Positions 1 through 16,415 are shown, numbered from the stretch's first letter. The stretch is 64,000 nt of DNA from Macrostomum lignano (GCA_002269645.1 NIVC01001552.1:124001-188000), one strand, 5' to 3'. Numbers and translations are program-made. The notes: generated by a model from the letters alone, not told the origin.

Positions 1-488
1 AGTAGACTCAATTCCAATCTGAGTAGACTCAATTCCAATCTGAGTAGACTCAATTCCAATCTGAGTAGACTCAATTCCAATCTGAGTAGACTCAATTCCA
101 ATCTGAGTAGACTCAATTCCAATCTGAGTAGACTCAATTCCAATCTGAGTAGACTCAATTCCAATCTGAGTAGACTCAATTCCAATCTGAGTAGACTCAA
201 TTCCAATCTGAGTAGACTCAATTCCAATCTGAGTAGACTCAATTCCAATCTGAGTAGACTCAATTCCAATCTGAGTAGACTCAATTCCAATCTGAGTGGA
301 CTCAATTCCAATCTGAGTAGACTCAATTCCAATCTGAGTAGACTCAATTCCAATCTGAGTAGACTCAATTCCAATCTGAGTAGACTCAATTCCAATCTGA
401 GTAGACTCAATTCCAATCTGAGTAGACTCAATTCTAATCTGAGTAGACTCAATTCCAATCTGAGTAGACTCAATTCCAATCTGAGTAG
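1..488. repeat. 21-bp tandem minisatellite (ACTCAATTCCAATCTGAGTAG)n, intronic in gene A, truncated by window start
   Basis: About 23 near-perfect copies; the last unit's TAG (486-488) directly precedes an open exon. Confidence 0.97.
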
Positions 489-4164
<3,676 letters not shown>

Positions 4165-4434
4165 AAGTACTATTTGAGTTATCAATTGTCGTAATTTTAA
4201 AATGACGGGAGCTCAAGCTTTTCTATCGGCTTAGGAGATAAAGTTAGGGACGCTCATCAAGAGACAGGGGCGCCCACCTACATGTACGTGATAATAGCAC
4301 ACGCACTCGCACTCACCCTCACACAGGGTGTAGAGCGGCACAGACTTTCAAATCTTTAAAGCATATACACTCCTCATGGGCCCTCATGGATGTGAACTGT
4401 CTGTGTATGGGTTGCCCCTAAAATTTTCGTTTCA

Positions 4435-4815
4435 AAAACAGAAAGTACAAACAGAAAGTACAATAGCAGAAAGTACACAAACAGAAAGTACAAAAGCAGA
4501 AGGTACAAACAGAAAGTACAATATCAGAAAGTACAAAGAGAAAGTACAATAGCAGAAAGTACACAAACAGAAAGTACAAAAGCAGAAAGTACAAACAGAG
4601 AGTACAATAGCAGAAAGTACAAACAGAGAGTACAATAGCAGAAAGTACACAAACAGAAAGTACAAAAGCAGAAAGTTCAAACAGAAAGTACAATAGCAGA
4701 AAGTACAATAGCAGAAAGTACAAACAGAAATTACAATAGCAGAAAGTACAATAGCAGAAAGTACAAACAGAGAGTACAATAGCAGAAAGTACAAACAGAA
4801 AGTACAAAAGCAGAA
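4435..4815. repeat. 13-15-bp minisatellite (AAAGTACAA[TAG]CAG)n
   Basis: Direct inspection. Confidence 0.92.
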
Positions 4816-4912
4816 GGACTCTACAACCAAATGTTGTCAACAAATGCTAACGGAGTTTTCCCTGTCTGTTTGGCGCTTTTATCTCGATTGACTGTCTATG
4901 GTAAAACATGAA

Positions 4913-5104
4913 GGGCCAAATGCAGAAAGCTTAGTCTAGACTAGCTAGTCCGGACTTGGGTAGTTCAGTCTATAGTCTATGGTCTAGCTACCTTAGTTCT
5001 GTCTATAGTAGACCGGTCTAACTTTGTGTTTCTGCACACCAAATCCAAGTCCAGACTAGCTTTTCAAGACCGGACTACCCTAGACAGAGCTTTCTGCACG
5101 GCCC
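4913..5104. mobile_element. MITE, PIF/Harbinger-like
   Basis: Imperfect TIRs GGGCC(AAA/G)TGCAGAAAGCT..GTCTAG at both ends, and 3-bp GAA flanking both sides (4910-4912, 5105-5107). GGGC-start TIRs with 3-bp TSDs are typical of Harbinger. Confidence 0.6.
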
Positions 5105-5590
5105 GAAAATAAAATAGTAAAATTTAGGGTTGCAGTAGAGAAAATGCTGGTCAAGTAGTCGGATGTCAAGGAGAGTAAAATATCTAGCATTTTTTGTCTC
5201 AAATTTGTCTCTTCTTTGTCAACCGATCAATTTAGTCTTTTTTTAAAAATGATTTTACAATGAAAGGATTATTGTGTTAATCTGTTTGATTAGTTAACAC
5301 TACAGTTCGTGACTCTTTCTTTGTAAATAAGATTCATTTAAAAAATCCATTTTTCGCATGTGCATGCTTTCTCTGCTTCCATCTGTGATGTTGGATCATT
5401 TTATCACCAAATACACAAGCTCGACTGTTGCTGCTAATTACTAGAAATCAATTCTTAAAATATAATAGCCTGAAAGCTTGTAGAAGGATTGCTGTTATTT
5501 TCTTTTTTCGTGCAGATTTTTCAATTATATTACTTTAAGTACGTGTAGCAGCAACAAACATGTCGGAGGACGGGAGAAGATGCTTTCCCA

Positions 5591-6488
5591 AGAGCCCAAC
5601 TGCTCTGTAACAGTAACAGTAATAAGTAATTCGGCGCCTCAGCCATTGATCAGGCTCTTACGCCACTAGATAAATATTAATTCCAGGTTGGGAGTGTACT
5701 TATGTACACTGAGATCCTAATTGGAGCTAAGAGGACTGTACAAAGGGCAAATGACAAATCAAAACCTCCCCGGGGGACAGTGACAGCGGAACGACATACC
5801 AGTCAGGAAGCCCGTGCCCAAAAAACCAGGTTAGATAGACCCCATGCCTATTAGGGTTGGCCCGAAGGCCGAGGGCCGTGGCTACCATGCTGGGGCCGAC
5901 CACCCACCACCCCCGGGTACTCTGCCAAACGTACATAAACCTCCCCGGGGCCAGAGGGGGTTGAGTGAACCAATCAGGGAAGCCCGTGCCTTTTCCGGGT
6001 TAGAAAAGCCAAAAAACCGGTCATATGACCGCCCCCACGGCCGTGGCAACCCTCGAGGAGCCTCCCCCCCCCCAACTAGACCCCGGGTACTCTTGCCAAG
6101 ACAGCCTCTTATCTTTGAAGCGGCAGGAGGGCTAATCGCCGGGACTATTTCACCCTTTGCTTCGCCAACCCGCCATTTCTATAGTGACCGTGCCAACGGT
6201 CTCGTCCTGCTCAGACTCAGTCCTGGTTCTGGCACACTCCTGCTTTAATAGGGTCGCTGGCTGTACGCTCAGAGGGCACTCCGAGGGGGACCGTCAGAGC
6301 ACCAACTGGTACAGGTATAGGCCTGCCTTCCTATACAGCTACCCACAGCCCTTCCCGATCCACTATTACCCTCCAACCCAGCCTACTCACTCATTACAAG
6401 CTTTCAGCCAGGCAGAGACAAGTTTCACAGGAGTGACTGCGGTTAGGCGCCTCTATGCGAGACAAAACCAGAGCCCAACTGCTCTGTA
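5591..6488 (-). mobile_element. 5'-truncated non-LTR retroposon 3' end with 19-bp target-site duplication
   Basis: AGAGCCCAACTGCTCTGTA at 5591-5609 and 6470-6488. A short-repeat tail (minus strand ...ATTACTTATTACTGTTACTGT) sits next to the left copy. The interior is essentially non-coding. Confidence 0.7.
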
Positions 6489-6694
6489 GTTCTGGAGAAA
6501 CCCCAAAACTAGCGATTTACCCCTAATAGGGGTAATAGCTCTAATTATTTCCCCGGGTTGAAACTACTGATAGTAGGCAAAAAGCATATTTCCCCGCAAC
6601 TAGTTCCCGTTCCTAAAATAATGCCCTACTACAGTACCGGCAACCTTTGTATTGGCTGAACAGTACACGTTCCAATAGTGCACGCGCACGCCTG

Positions 6695-8712
6695 GAGAGT
6701 CAGTGCGGGCGTTCGCTGAACGGCTTTTGCGGGCGGCGGAGAAATGCAAATTCGATAACAAGGACGAGCGCCTGCGGGACCAACTTATCTGCGGTCTGAT
6801 GGATCAACAGATCGTAGGCAAGCTTTTGGTCAAGGACCATCATAGCTTGAACTTCAAGGACGCGGTTGCCGAGGCGGAGGCTCATTCCACCTTAATAGCC
6901 ACGGAGATCATGAAGTGCGCACCAAAAGGAGAGAGTACGGCCGTCATAAAGATCGGCGTGCTCAAGTCAAAAGGACAATCGTCGAAAGGGCAAAGTCGCG
7001 GCAAGTTCAAACGTAGCACTAGCACCACTTGTCCTCGAGATGGGTCATCGCATGGAAAAATGCAGTGCCCGGCAACTGGGAAGACTTGTCGCAAGTGCGG
7101 CAAGCTGAATCATTTTCAAAAGGTGTGTCGGACGAAGACAGACGCTGCAGGCCGCGTCGACTCAGTGCAGTTTGTGTCCAGCAAGTCCCCAGCGATGAAT
7201 GGACCTGTTCACAACCCAGCGATGAGCGACCTGTTCACAATTGGAGCAATTACAGGCCCGACTCAGGATGCCATCTGCGTCACACTACAGTTTGTGCACG
7301 AGGACAAGAAAATCCCGATTCAGTGTCAACTATACACGGGGCGGCAGGGAGGCATTTCGCTTTGATAACCGACAATCGTCCGCTCACTTTTGTATTTGGA
7401 CCAGACCAAGAGTTACCGGCACGAGTATCAGTATCAGTATCAGTCTCGACTTCTTGGACCCGGACAGGGGCAAACACTCAGCATTGGTAGTATTGAACTG
7501 GCTCACCCGACTTCAACTATTGAGCAATTGCGGATTCAGTCCAAGCAATGTCCGGAGTTACAACCACTCCAAGAAGCGATCCGAACTGGAAATTTCAACC
7601 ACCAGGACCTACGGCCTTACAAGATGGTGTCCAGCGAACTAACTATGGAAGACGGACTGGTGATTAGAGGATTGAGAGTAGTTCCACCGCGTGCGTTGAG
7701 ACAAACGATCATGGAGGAAGCTCATTCGACGCACCTGGGCATGGAAAGGACTAAGTCTTTAATACGCTCACAATACTGGTGGCCAGCTTTGGACAAGGAA
7801 GTCATGGACTACATCAGCAGGTGTACAATGTGCAAGATGGTCAAATCAAGCAACCGGAATCACCTCAGTTCCTGGCCAGATACTACAGAGCCGTGGGATC
7901 GTATACATGTAGACTCTGCAGGACCAATAAATGGCCAGTACCTATTGGTGTTGGTAGATTCTTTCTCAAGCTACCCAGAAGTCCATCTGACTAACGACAT
8001 GGAATCAGCCACAGTGGTGTCTCGGCTACGACGAACTTTTTCGCAGCTCGGAATTCCCAGGACTCTGGTGACTGACAATGGACGCAGTTTTGTATCTGCT
8101 GAGACAACCAATAGGCTGAAGAGTGTTGGTTGCCAGCATGTAACAACCCCGCCATACCACCCGCAAAGCAACGGGCTCGCAGAAAGGTTCGTCCGAACAG
8201 TGAAGGAGGCGATGCGAGCCACTGGACTGAGTCAACAAAATCTAGATCGGTTTCTGCTGTTCTAACGAGCCACACGTGGAAAGCATGGAGTCACGCCGAC
8301 AGAGAAGCTGATGGGCAGGACCATTCGAGTACCTCTACTCAGTTCCTGTGGGTCTTCAGGTGACGACGTGGTGTACAAGGCGGGCAACACCGCTGCTCTG
8401 GCCAAGATTGTTTTTCCAACCGGAAGCACCACCGCGGTGGTCAGGTTAGCCGATGGACAGTGCAAGAAGGCCCATCGTGATCAGTTGCGACTCTACCCGG
8501 TCCAGGGGAAAGATGCGGCTGTCGAGGAGACGGAATTTAAGCAAGAATCAGCCGCAGTACAAGAACCTCCAGCAAAACCTCCTGAAGCTGTTGACAGCCC
8601 GACCGAGTTGCCCGGAACGGAGCAGAGCATGCAAGAGCAGCCCACACCAACTGTATCGCTACGACAAAGTACTCGGCTCGCTCAGAAGCCGCGAGTAAAC
8701 TATTGGGTTTGA
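6695..8712 (+). mobile_element. Degenerate Ty3/Gypsy LTR retrotransposon internal region (gag, deleted pro/RT, RNase H end, integrase)
   Basis: Gag ...RAFAERLLRAAEKCKF..ERLRDQLICGL and CCHC knuckle CRKCGKLNHFQKVC. The decayed protease motif (QLYTG) is fused to the RNase H C-terminus (GRHFALITDNRPL). Integrase has HHCC (AHSTHLG..RCTMC) and DDE core (IHVDSAGP, LVTDNG, HPQSNGLAER), with an in-frame stop at 8263-8265. No paired LTRs seen. Confidence 0.93.
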
Positions 8713-9144
8713 CTCTGAGGACTGTCTCATAAAAGTGCTGTGGATTTAGTTTTATTTATCGGCCACAGCAGACTTGTCCATGTCTATGACTTAATGTGAG
8801 CCACACTGTACGTTAAATAAGATTTATATGTAAAAAGACAAAGCTGGCAATTTAAGCCAAAAGAAATATAAAGTAACCGTGGGAGCAAAGACTCTCGAAA
8901 GAACCACAACATAACACGCTCCTATTGGCTGGGCCAATGGGGATGGGATGGCCCAGGAATCCATATCTTCCTTGACTATGCTACTTTTTCCTTTATAGTA
9001 GCACCTTATGAACGAGATTTTAAGCATACTTGATAGTTATTTAATATATATAATCTTGATTTATTTTTAATGATGTCTGGCCATTGAAAATCAAATGGAA
9101 AATCAAAAGGGCCAAAATATTGAAGCGTTTCTTTGATACGAAAC

Positions 9145-10075
9145 AAGGAGAGAGAGGAGAGGGAAGGAGAGAGAAGGAGAGAGAAGGAGAGAGAGGGAGA
9201 GAGAAGGAGAGAGAAGGAGAGAGGAGAGGGAAGGAGAGAGGAGAGGGAAGGAGAGGGAGAGGGAAGGAGAGAGAAGGAGAGAGGAGAGGGAAGGAGAGGG
9301 AGAGGGAAGGAGAGAGAAGGAGAGAGAAGGAGAAAGAAGGAGAGAGAACGAGAGAGAAATAGAGAGAGAACGAGAGAGAAATAGAGAGAGAAGAGAGAGA
9401 AATAGAGAGAGAACGAGAGAGAAATAGAGAGAGAACGAGAGAGAAATAGAGAGAGAACGAGAGAGAGGAGAGGGAAGGAGAGAGGAGAGGGAAGGAGAAA
9501 GGAGAGAGAAGGAGAAAGAAGGAGAAAGAAAGAGAAAGAAGGAGAGAGAAGGAGAGAGGAGAGAGAAGGAGAAAGAAGGAGAGAGAAGGAGAGAGGAGAG
9601 GGAAGGAGAGGGGAGAGGGAAGGAGAGATAAGGAGAGGGAAGGAGAGATAAGGAGAGGGAAGGATCTTATCTTATCCTACCTCTCACTTTACTTCTCTTG
9701 ACCTACCTTTATCACCGACCTCTTCCACTAATTACTGTACCTCTCTCACTCTACCTCTCTTACCCTACCTCTCTCACCCTACCTCTCTCACCCAACCTCT
9801 CTCACCCTACCTCTCTCACCCAACCTCTCTCATCCTACCTCTCTTACCCTATCTCTCTCACCTACCTCTCTCACCCTACCTCTCTCACGCTACCTCTCTT
9901 ACCTCTCTTACCCTACCTCTCTCACCTACCTCTCTCACCCTACCTCTCTCGCCCTACCTCCCTCACCCTACCTCTTTCAACCTACCCCTCTCGCCCTACC
10001 TCTCTCACCTACCTCTCTCAACCTACCCCTCTCGCCCTACCTCTCTCACCTACCTCTCACCCTACCCGTCTTTCT
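9145..10075. repeat. GA-rich purine tract (9145-9662) followed by CT-rich pyrimidine tract (~9675-10075)
   Basis: Direct inspection of low-complexity tandem motifs. Confidence 0.92.
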
Positions 10076-11017
10076 ACTTAACTTCTCTGACCATAGCTAC
10101 GCCTCAGTATTTAAGACTGTCATACCACCTTATAACGAAGTTCAGTAATTTTTTGTTTGAATTTTTTGTCATCTTAGGAGTAGACCCGATGTTTCTCCAA
10201 GGATAGATACCTTGGCATTTGAAGCCTTCTGAAAAGTTCTAGCACAAAAAACTAACGTAATTAACGCTGGCCCCTCTTACTGGGGCACACCTGTCAATAC
10301 CGCAGAAAACCCGTGGCTCTCACGCACGCACAGCAACTACTTTTCGTTAGGCTAGGGCCAAAACAAAAACAAAACATTACTATGGCAGGACAGAGCGACA
10401 TACACGATAAACAGATGGGACTATAAAATATCAAAATAGTTTCTCATTAAAATTGTTCACATTGCTCAGACTAAAGGGTCTGTGCTGGCTTGATTTCAAG
10501 CTAGTCGTGAGAGGCTCGAGAGTGGCTGCTCATTTTTGTCTCTCTTATTTTTTGGTGGCTGTTTGTGCAGACGCGGAGAGCTTGATATTAACTAATCACC
10601 GTTGGCTGGGTGGCGTTCAAATTTCTTCAGTAAAAAGAGAATTTAGACAGATAGAGAGGTAGGACAGTAGGAGGTCTAAGCTTCTTATTAAAGATAGATT
10701 TCAGCTAGCTGTGAGTATAAGACGAAGCCTTCGCTCGTTCGATGCAACTTTGAATAAAAAGAGCGAGAGAGAGAGAGAGAAAGGAGAAAGAGAGAGAGAG
10801 CTGTAGGCGGTGCTTGCGCATATTTTGATGCAGAGTTGCCGGGAGACACCTATGAACAAATACAGCCAGAGCAAGCTTGGAAAGAGATAGAGACTGAAGT
10901 GAGGAGGGAGGGTCGCTGGAGCTTTAAAAGAAAGAAAATCCACATAGATAAAAAATGGGCAACACGCAAAGCGAGTAGCACGGCACAGCATCGAGACCGC
11001 TATAACCAAGCAATGCC

Positions 11018-11824
11018 ATGTGCTGTAAAGACGGCAACGAACGTTTAAGCTACAACTCCTACCCAGCTGGGCACATCTTTCGCATAGGCATTGCCATCCT
11101 AGTGCTGACTGGTAACTGTATTGTGATGCGTGTGGCCGCCACAGTTGCTCTGCTGAGCATCCGTGAGTCTCAGGAATTCTGCAAGACTAACGAATCGGCC
11201 TGCGGTGTGACGGCATTCAGCGTACTCGGCTCCGTTCTGCCGATTCTGTGCGCCATCCTGACCGGCTCATTTGCCATTGTGGCGGCCAAACGGGGCTTGA
11301 AATGGTCGTTCATTGCAACATTTGTTGTTGGCTGCCTGCTATGTACCATCAGCTTCTTGTTGAACCTGCTGTTTAACGGTCTTCGTCACGGGTTCAATAT
11401 TGTACCGGCTCTTGTGCCGGACATCATCGAGATTATACTGTTCTGCGTTATCAGCGTGCTAGCCATGGTTACTGGGATTCTGTGCATTAAATCCCTGGTC
11501 AAAGACCGGTCAGAACAGTACATTGCGAGCCCTGGTGAAGCCGGAACATCGGCTGTAACAACGGAGCATCACCTGGATGACGGGTACGCCTACTACGACA
11601 ACGAAGCCGTGGATGAGACACAATTCCCTGAGGAGAACAGCGGCCCAACCAGCAGAGACCAACAGTCGAGTCCGCAGAGGCACCGCAGCAATTTAAGACT
11701 GTCCAGTCGTAGCGACAGTCGAGTGCAATCTGAGCTCGCCGTGGTTGTTGAGAACGATGTTGGTAAAGTGACCAATTTCGATATATTTACCATTGATTCG
11801 GCGAGGAACTCGTCTGGTAGGTGA
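11018..11824 (+). CDS. Intronless ORF, putative four-TM membrane protein (MS4A/CD20-like topology) with acidic/Ser-rich C-tail
   Basis: 268-aa non-repetitive ORF with four hydrophobic segments and a Cys-containing loop (FCKTNESAC). The family assignment is topology-based only. Confidence 0.7.
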   Translation: MCCKDGNERLSYNSYPAGHIFRIGIAILVLTGNCIVMRVAATVALLSIRESQEFCKTNESACGVTAFSVLGSVLPILCAILTGSFAIVAAKRGLKWSFIATFVVGCLLCTISFLLNLLFNGLRHGFNIVPALVPDIIEIILFCVISVLAMVTGILCIKSLVKDRSEQYIASPGEAGTSAVTTEHHLDDGYAYYDNEAVDETQFPEENSGPTSRDQQSSPQRHRSNLRLSSRSDSRVQSELAVVVENDVGKVTNFDIFTIDSARNSSGR

Positions 11825-12129
11825 TTTAGTGAGCTTCTACAAGTACAAAACTTTGGATGCCTGACTTATTTTTTTACTTATTATACTATCGTAATTTGGA
11901 ATTTTGATGGCCCCGGACCATTTCGCGATGAAGTAAAAGGACGAATTATTATTTTTAGCTTTGAATCTGTCATTTTTATCAGACATACGGGTCTAAACTA
12001 TGAAAATTATGTATTAGACACTGTGTAATAACAGCCCAAAGTACCATCTGTACTTTATAAACGGTTTCTTTATTAGTTCGTAGTTTGGTTTCTATATTAG
12101 TATTAGTTCTTTATTTATTTTTACTTGGC

Positions 12130-12490
12130 GCCACCCTGACACCTGGGCTGGTGCCACTCTGACACCTGGGCTGGTGCCACCCTGACACCTGGGTTGGTGC
12201 CACTCTGACACCTGGGCTGGTGCCACTCTGACACCTGGGCTGGTGCCACTCTGACACCTGGGCTGGTGCCACTCTGACACCTAGGCTGGTGCCACTCTGA
12301 CACCTGGGTTGGTGCCACCCTGACACCTGGCTTGGCACCTCCCTGATACCTGGGTTGGTGCCACTCTGACACCTGGGTTGGTGCTACTCTGACACCTGGG
12401 TTGGTGCTACTCTGACACCTGGGTGGTGCCACTCTGACACTTGGGGTGGTGCTACTCTGACACCTGGGTTGGCGCCACTCTGACACCTGG
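12130..12490. repeat. 23-bp minisatellite (GACACCTGGGCTGGTGCCACTCT)n
   Basis: Period 23 (12138, 12161, ...). Confidence 0.95.
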
Positions 12491-13297
12491 CTCTCTAATA
12501 ATTGGGTTGGCTCACGGTTTAGCGCTTAAGACAAGAATTGCTGAAAACAAATATTTCTTGCTTGTTATGTTTGACTTTTAGTTAGTTTTTATTTAAAAGT
12601 ACATGCAGTACCTTGAATTCTTCTTAAATAACATACAGAGTTCCGACCGGGTTCGAACAATACCCGTTGCTATTGTAAATTTTCAATATTAATTTAGCTG
12701 ATTTTCACTGCGAAGCAGGTCGCATTATTATTTCTACATCTTGTCAGGTTTTGCATTTCAGAGCAAAATATTTTCATTACTAATATCTTATAATCTCATG
12801 TTGACTTAGCATTAATTCTTCTTTCCAACAGCCACTCTCGTTTCTAGCTAACATAGTTTTAACAAAAATTTGTAAATAAACGGAAATTAAGTCGATATTA
12901 GAATCTGATTGGAGTTTTCTTTTTAAAAGCAAACAGTTTCCCTTTCTTTCAAAACAATGAGAAAAGATGCTACAATTTTTTTACATTTCTACTTACAGTA
13001 AAGATGTAAGCGTTTTCCCAGCAGTAAAAATTAAGCAATTTTGTTCACAAAGCAAGGCAACAAAGGACATTACGTCCTTTCTGAGTTTCGGCAGAAAAGT
13101 GCATTAGAATCTATTTAAAGCATAGTTTAGCGGCAATTTTCTCTCTCTGTCTCTGGACATATTCAATAAAAGTACTCAGTATCATTTTTATAAAAAAATG
13201 TAACAAAAACATTTTTAAATGAGTTTTTTTAAATCAAAAACTTTGCGGGGAAAAACCGTACCGTTATTGCACGTCAGTTCAATCGCATTTGTCTTAA

Positions 13298-15461
13298 CTA
13301 CTTCATTGGTTGCTGCAGTCTCGACGCTTGAAACTGTTGCTTTTGCTGTTGTTGTTGTTGTTGCTGTTGTTGCAACTTCTGGCGCAGAAGACTCTCCCGT
13401 CTGGTGGCAATCGGAGGAGCCGGGAAGACCAGGTGAAGCTGGTTGGGCTCAGTCCAGGTCTCCGTGCGATGGTCTGTGGTGATCAGACCCTCGGCAAGGA
13501 AGTCGCCGACTGCGTCACTGTTGCTGATTGGTTGGACTCGACGCGACACAAGTCGAAACTTGCCGCCAGGGTGGACACTGTACACGCCGAAGAAGATTGA
13601 ATGGAAGCCGGGGATCTTTTGAGGGGATAATTACGGGAATTATTGTTAATTGATACACTGTGTCAGTTCTTAAACTATCTAAGAACTCTTAGAACAGGAA
13701 AGCTTCAAAAGACGCTTCTGCTCTGATAAACTTCTGCTCTATGGTTTAGAGACACTACTGATCTATGATCTAGAGACAGTCCTGATCTATGATCTAGAGA
13801 CACTCCTTATCTATGATCTATAGACACTCCTAATCTATAGTCTAAGGACACTCCTTGTTCTATGGTCTCGAGACACTCGTAGTCTAGAGACACAGTCCTA
13901 CTCTTAAAATACTCCTGCATGGTCAATATGGTCTAGAGACACTTTTATGGAAGTTTTCTAGTTACCAACCCCTTGAACAGAGTATTAACGAGTTTACCTA
14001 TCAAGAGAAAAGGTGCCCACCGAAGAGACAGGGGCGGTCACCTAAGAGACAGGGGCGGTCACTTAAGAGACAGGGGCGGTCACCTAAGAGACAGGGGTGG
14101 TCACCTAAGAGACAGGGGTGGTCACCTAAGAGACAGGGTGGTCACCTAAGAGACAGGGGCGGTCACCTAAGAGACAGGGGTGGTCACCTAAGAGACAGGG
14201 GTAGTTACCTAAGAGACAAGGGCGGTCACCTAAGAGACAGGGGTAGTCACCTAAGAGACAGGGCCGGGCGGTCACCTAAGAGACAAGGGCGGTCACCTAA
14301 GAGACAGAGGTGGTCACCTAAGAGACAGTGGCACACACCCCAACGGCTGTACTGTTCGCCTCCTGCACCAGTCGCTCGGTCACAATGTTAGCCAGCGAGA
14401 ACACACTGCTAGAAGCGCCAGCCGCTGCAGTTTCAACACTTCGAGTCAGTCCGGGCACTCGCAGACTGGGCAGAGCGTTGGGAAGTTCAACGCAACGGGA
14501 CAGACTGCCAATCAATTCCCGGTTGCTGCTGCGATAAATTTTCATATCGATTATTGTCAACAGTTTGTCAATTGGCAACAATGCTTCTTCAGAATTTGGT
14601 TGCTGCTGCTTCTGCGTTTGCTGCTCAGTCTGCTTTTTGGAGACCATCAGGTATTTTTGAAATAAGCTGAAATTGTTTATAGTAAGGCCATGTGCACATT
14701 TTTAGTGCCTCTTGCGCCTTCTGAAGTTCATGTACTTTAACTAACGCTTTTGAGCTCCATTTGACACCTTAATACTAATAATTATTATTGATTATACTTG
14801 CCCCAATGGGCAGATGTGCAACCGACAGCTCAGCCGCAGCTATTGCGAGGCGCATCTGAAGGCTGCGTACGGCTGTTCAATCCAAGGACTGGGAGGGTCG
14901 CCACACACCCTCAATTACCCCAGCTAATGCTGGCACCCATTTTACAGCTGAGTGAACTGAAGCAATGCAGAGTCAAGTGTCTTGCTCAAGGACACAAATT
15001 GTTCCGAGTGGATCGAGAATCGAACCCCGACCGTCGTGAGTCGTGAGTCTGACGCTCTGACCACTGGGCTTACAACCCCTCACCTTAAATTGACCGGGGG
15101 CGTGCCTGTGAACACTATGGCCCTTCTAAGGCGCTTAAGATTCAGCGCTAGTTGTGCGGCAATGTACTTTCAGGATACGAAACTTCACTTACAGGTGCGG
15201 CCGACCTTTCACGGGCACATACTGCACTGCCAGATAGAACAGGTCGTGAGCTCGAAAATCAATCATTGGTTCAGAGTTCGGCTGGCCAAGTATTCGATCC
15301 GAGCTGGTCAGGAGGCTGCGGCTGCCGCAGTCGCCGCTTTCGCTGGCGCCAGAGTTGGCCACGGCTTCAACTGTTGAGTCCAGCATCCGTTCAGCTTCAT
15401 CAACCGGCATCTTAACCCCCACGGTTAAATAGGCCTGCTTCTGAGGATTAGTTGGTGGCAT
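13298..15461 (-). CDS. Gene B: uncharacterised ~304-aa protein; exons 15461-15193, 14666-14339, 13615-13298
   Basis: GT-AG introns with matching phases (2, then 0) give a continuous frame MPPTNPQK...GRPHL-LFQKYLMVSKK...STAVG-IPGFHSIFFGVYSV...poly-Q...QPMK*. Confidence 0.75.
13740..14330. repeat. Two arrays in gene B intron 2: degenerate ~24-mer (CTAGAGACACTCCTGATCTATGAT; 13740-13940) and 21-mer (CACCTAAGAGACAGGGGCGGT; 14020-14330)
   Basis: Direct inspection; the 21-mer array starts within ~10 nt of the donor at 14338. Confidence 0.9.
14773..15080 (-). mobile_element. tRNA-derived CORE-type SINE (copy 1) in gene B intron 1
   Basis: Minus strand shows an A-box-like AGCCCAGTGGTCAGAGCG, B-box GGTTCGATTC, a central GTGTCCTTGAGCAAGACACTT...CAGCTGTAAAATGGG resembling the MIR/CORE domain, and an (AAT)n tail. 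TSD CACCTTAA at 14765-14772 and 15081-15088. Confidence 0.85.
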
Positions 15462-15959
15462 TTCGTTGGGTGGTGAAATGCTACAATTAATTTGGCTTCT
15501 ATAAGTTAGTAGGATAATTTAGCAATCACGTACGGAGCCAAGCTATCATGAATAACATGTCAAGCTCTAGTTTTATATATGCATTGGGATTGATTTTTAC
15601 CACAGACGCGACGACCCTGGGCCTTGGCCGGGGAGTTCTATAAATAGCATCTGGAGTGGAGAAAGAGAGAGCGCGAGTTTATGGTCTATGACTCATGGGC
15701 TGCTTTAATAACTACATACGAATTACTCAACGTGAACAAACGAGTGAGCACTAAATTAATTGCTACGGGATCTTCAGTAGCGTCATAGATTGGACTGTTA
15801 AACTTCTGTTTAACCGTACGCAAAGGGTATGTAGCTCGTAGAAAATTCTAGAATCTTTCACAATTTCAGAATGCCAAAATTGAATTAAATTAGATCTAAA
15901 TTTCTTAGAATAGACAGTGACCAAAAACTACTATGGGTTACTTGGTTTACTTGGCCCGG

Positions 15960-16415
15960 AGAGGGTGAGGGGTGAGAGGGCAGGGTTGAGGGTGACGGGT
16001 GACGGGTGAGGGTAAGGGGTAAGGGGTGTGGGGTGAGGGGTGAGGGGTGAGGGGTGTGGGATGAGGGGTGAGGGTGAGGATGAGGGGTGAGGGGTGAGGG
16101 TAAGGGGTGTGGGGTGAGGGGTGTGGGGTGTGGGGTGAGGGGTGTGGGGTGTGGGGTGAGGGGTGTGGGGTGAGGGGTGTGGGGTGAGGGGTGAGGGGTG
16201 TGGGATGAGGGGTGAGGGTGAGGATGAGGGGTGAGGGTGAGGATGAGGGGTGACGGGTGAGGGTAAGGGGTGTGGGGTGAGGGGTGAGGGGTGTGGGATG
16301 AGGGGTGAGGGTAAGGGGTGTGGGGTGATGGGTGTGGGGTGAGGAATGAGGGGCAAGGGATGATTGGGGTGAGGGTGGGGGTGAGGGGTTAGGTGTGTGG
16401 GTTGCGGGGTGAGGT
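15960..16415. repeat. G-rich degenerate (GGGGT[GA/GT])n tract
   Basis: Dozens of G3-G4 runs with 1-3 nt spacers. Confidence 0.92.

Noticed and set aside
6280-6295. CCGAGGGGGACCGTC resembling the HDV ribozyme P4 stem
   Set aside because: P4 is the non-conserved part, its complementary strand and the P1/P3/L3 core are absent, so this is likely chance
15000-15080. tRNA gene at SINE heads (also 54280-54358)
   Set aside because: A/B boxes are followed by the SINE body; no complete cloverleaf or Pol III terminator
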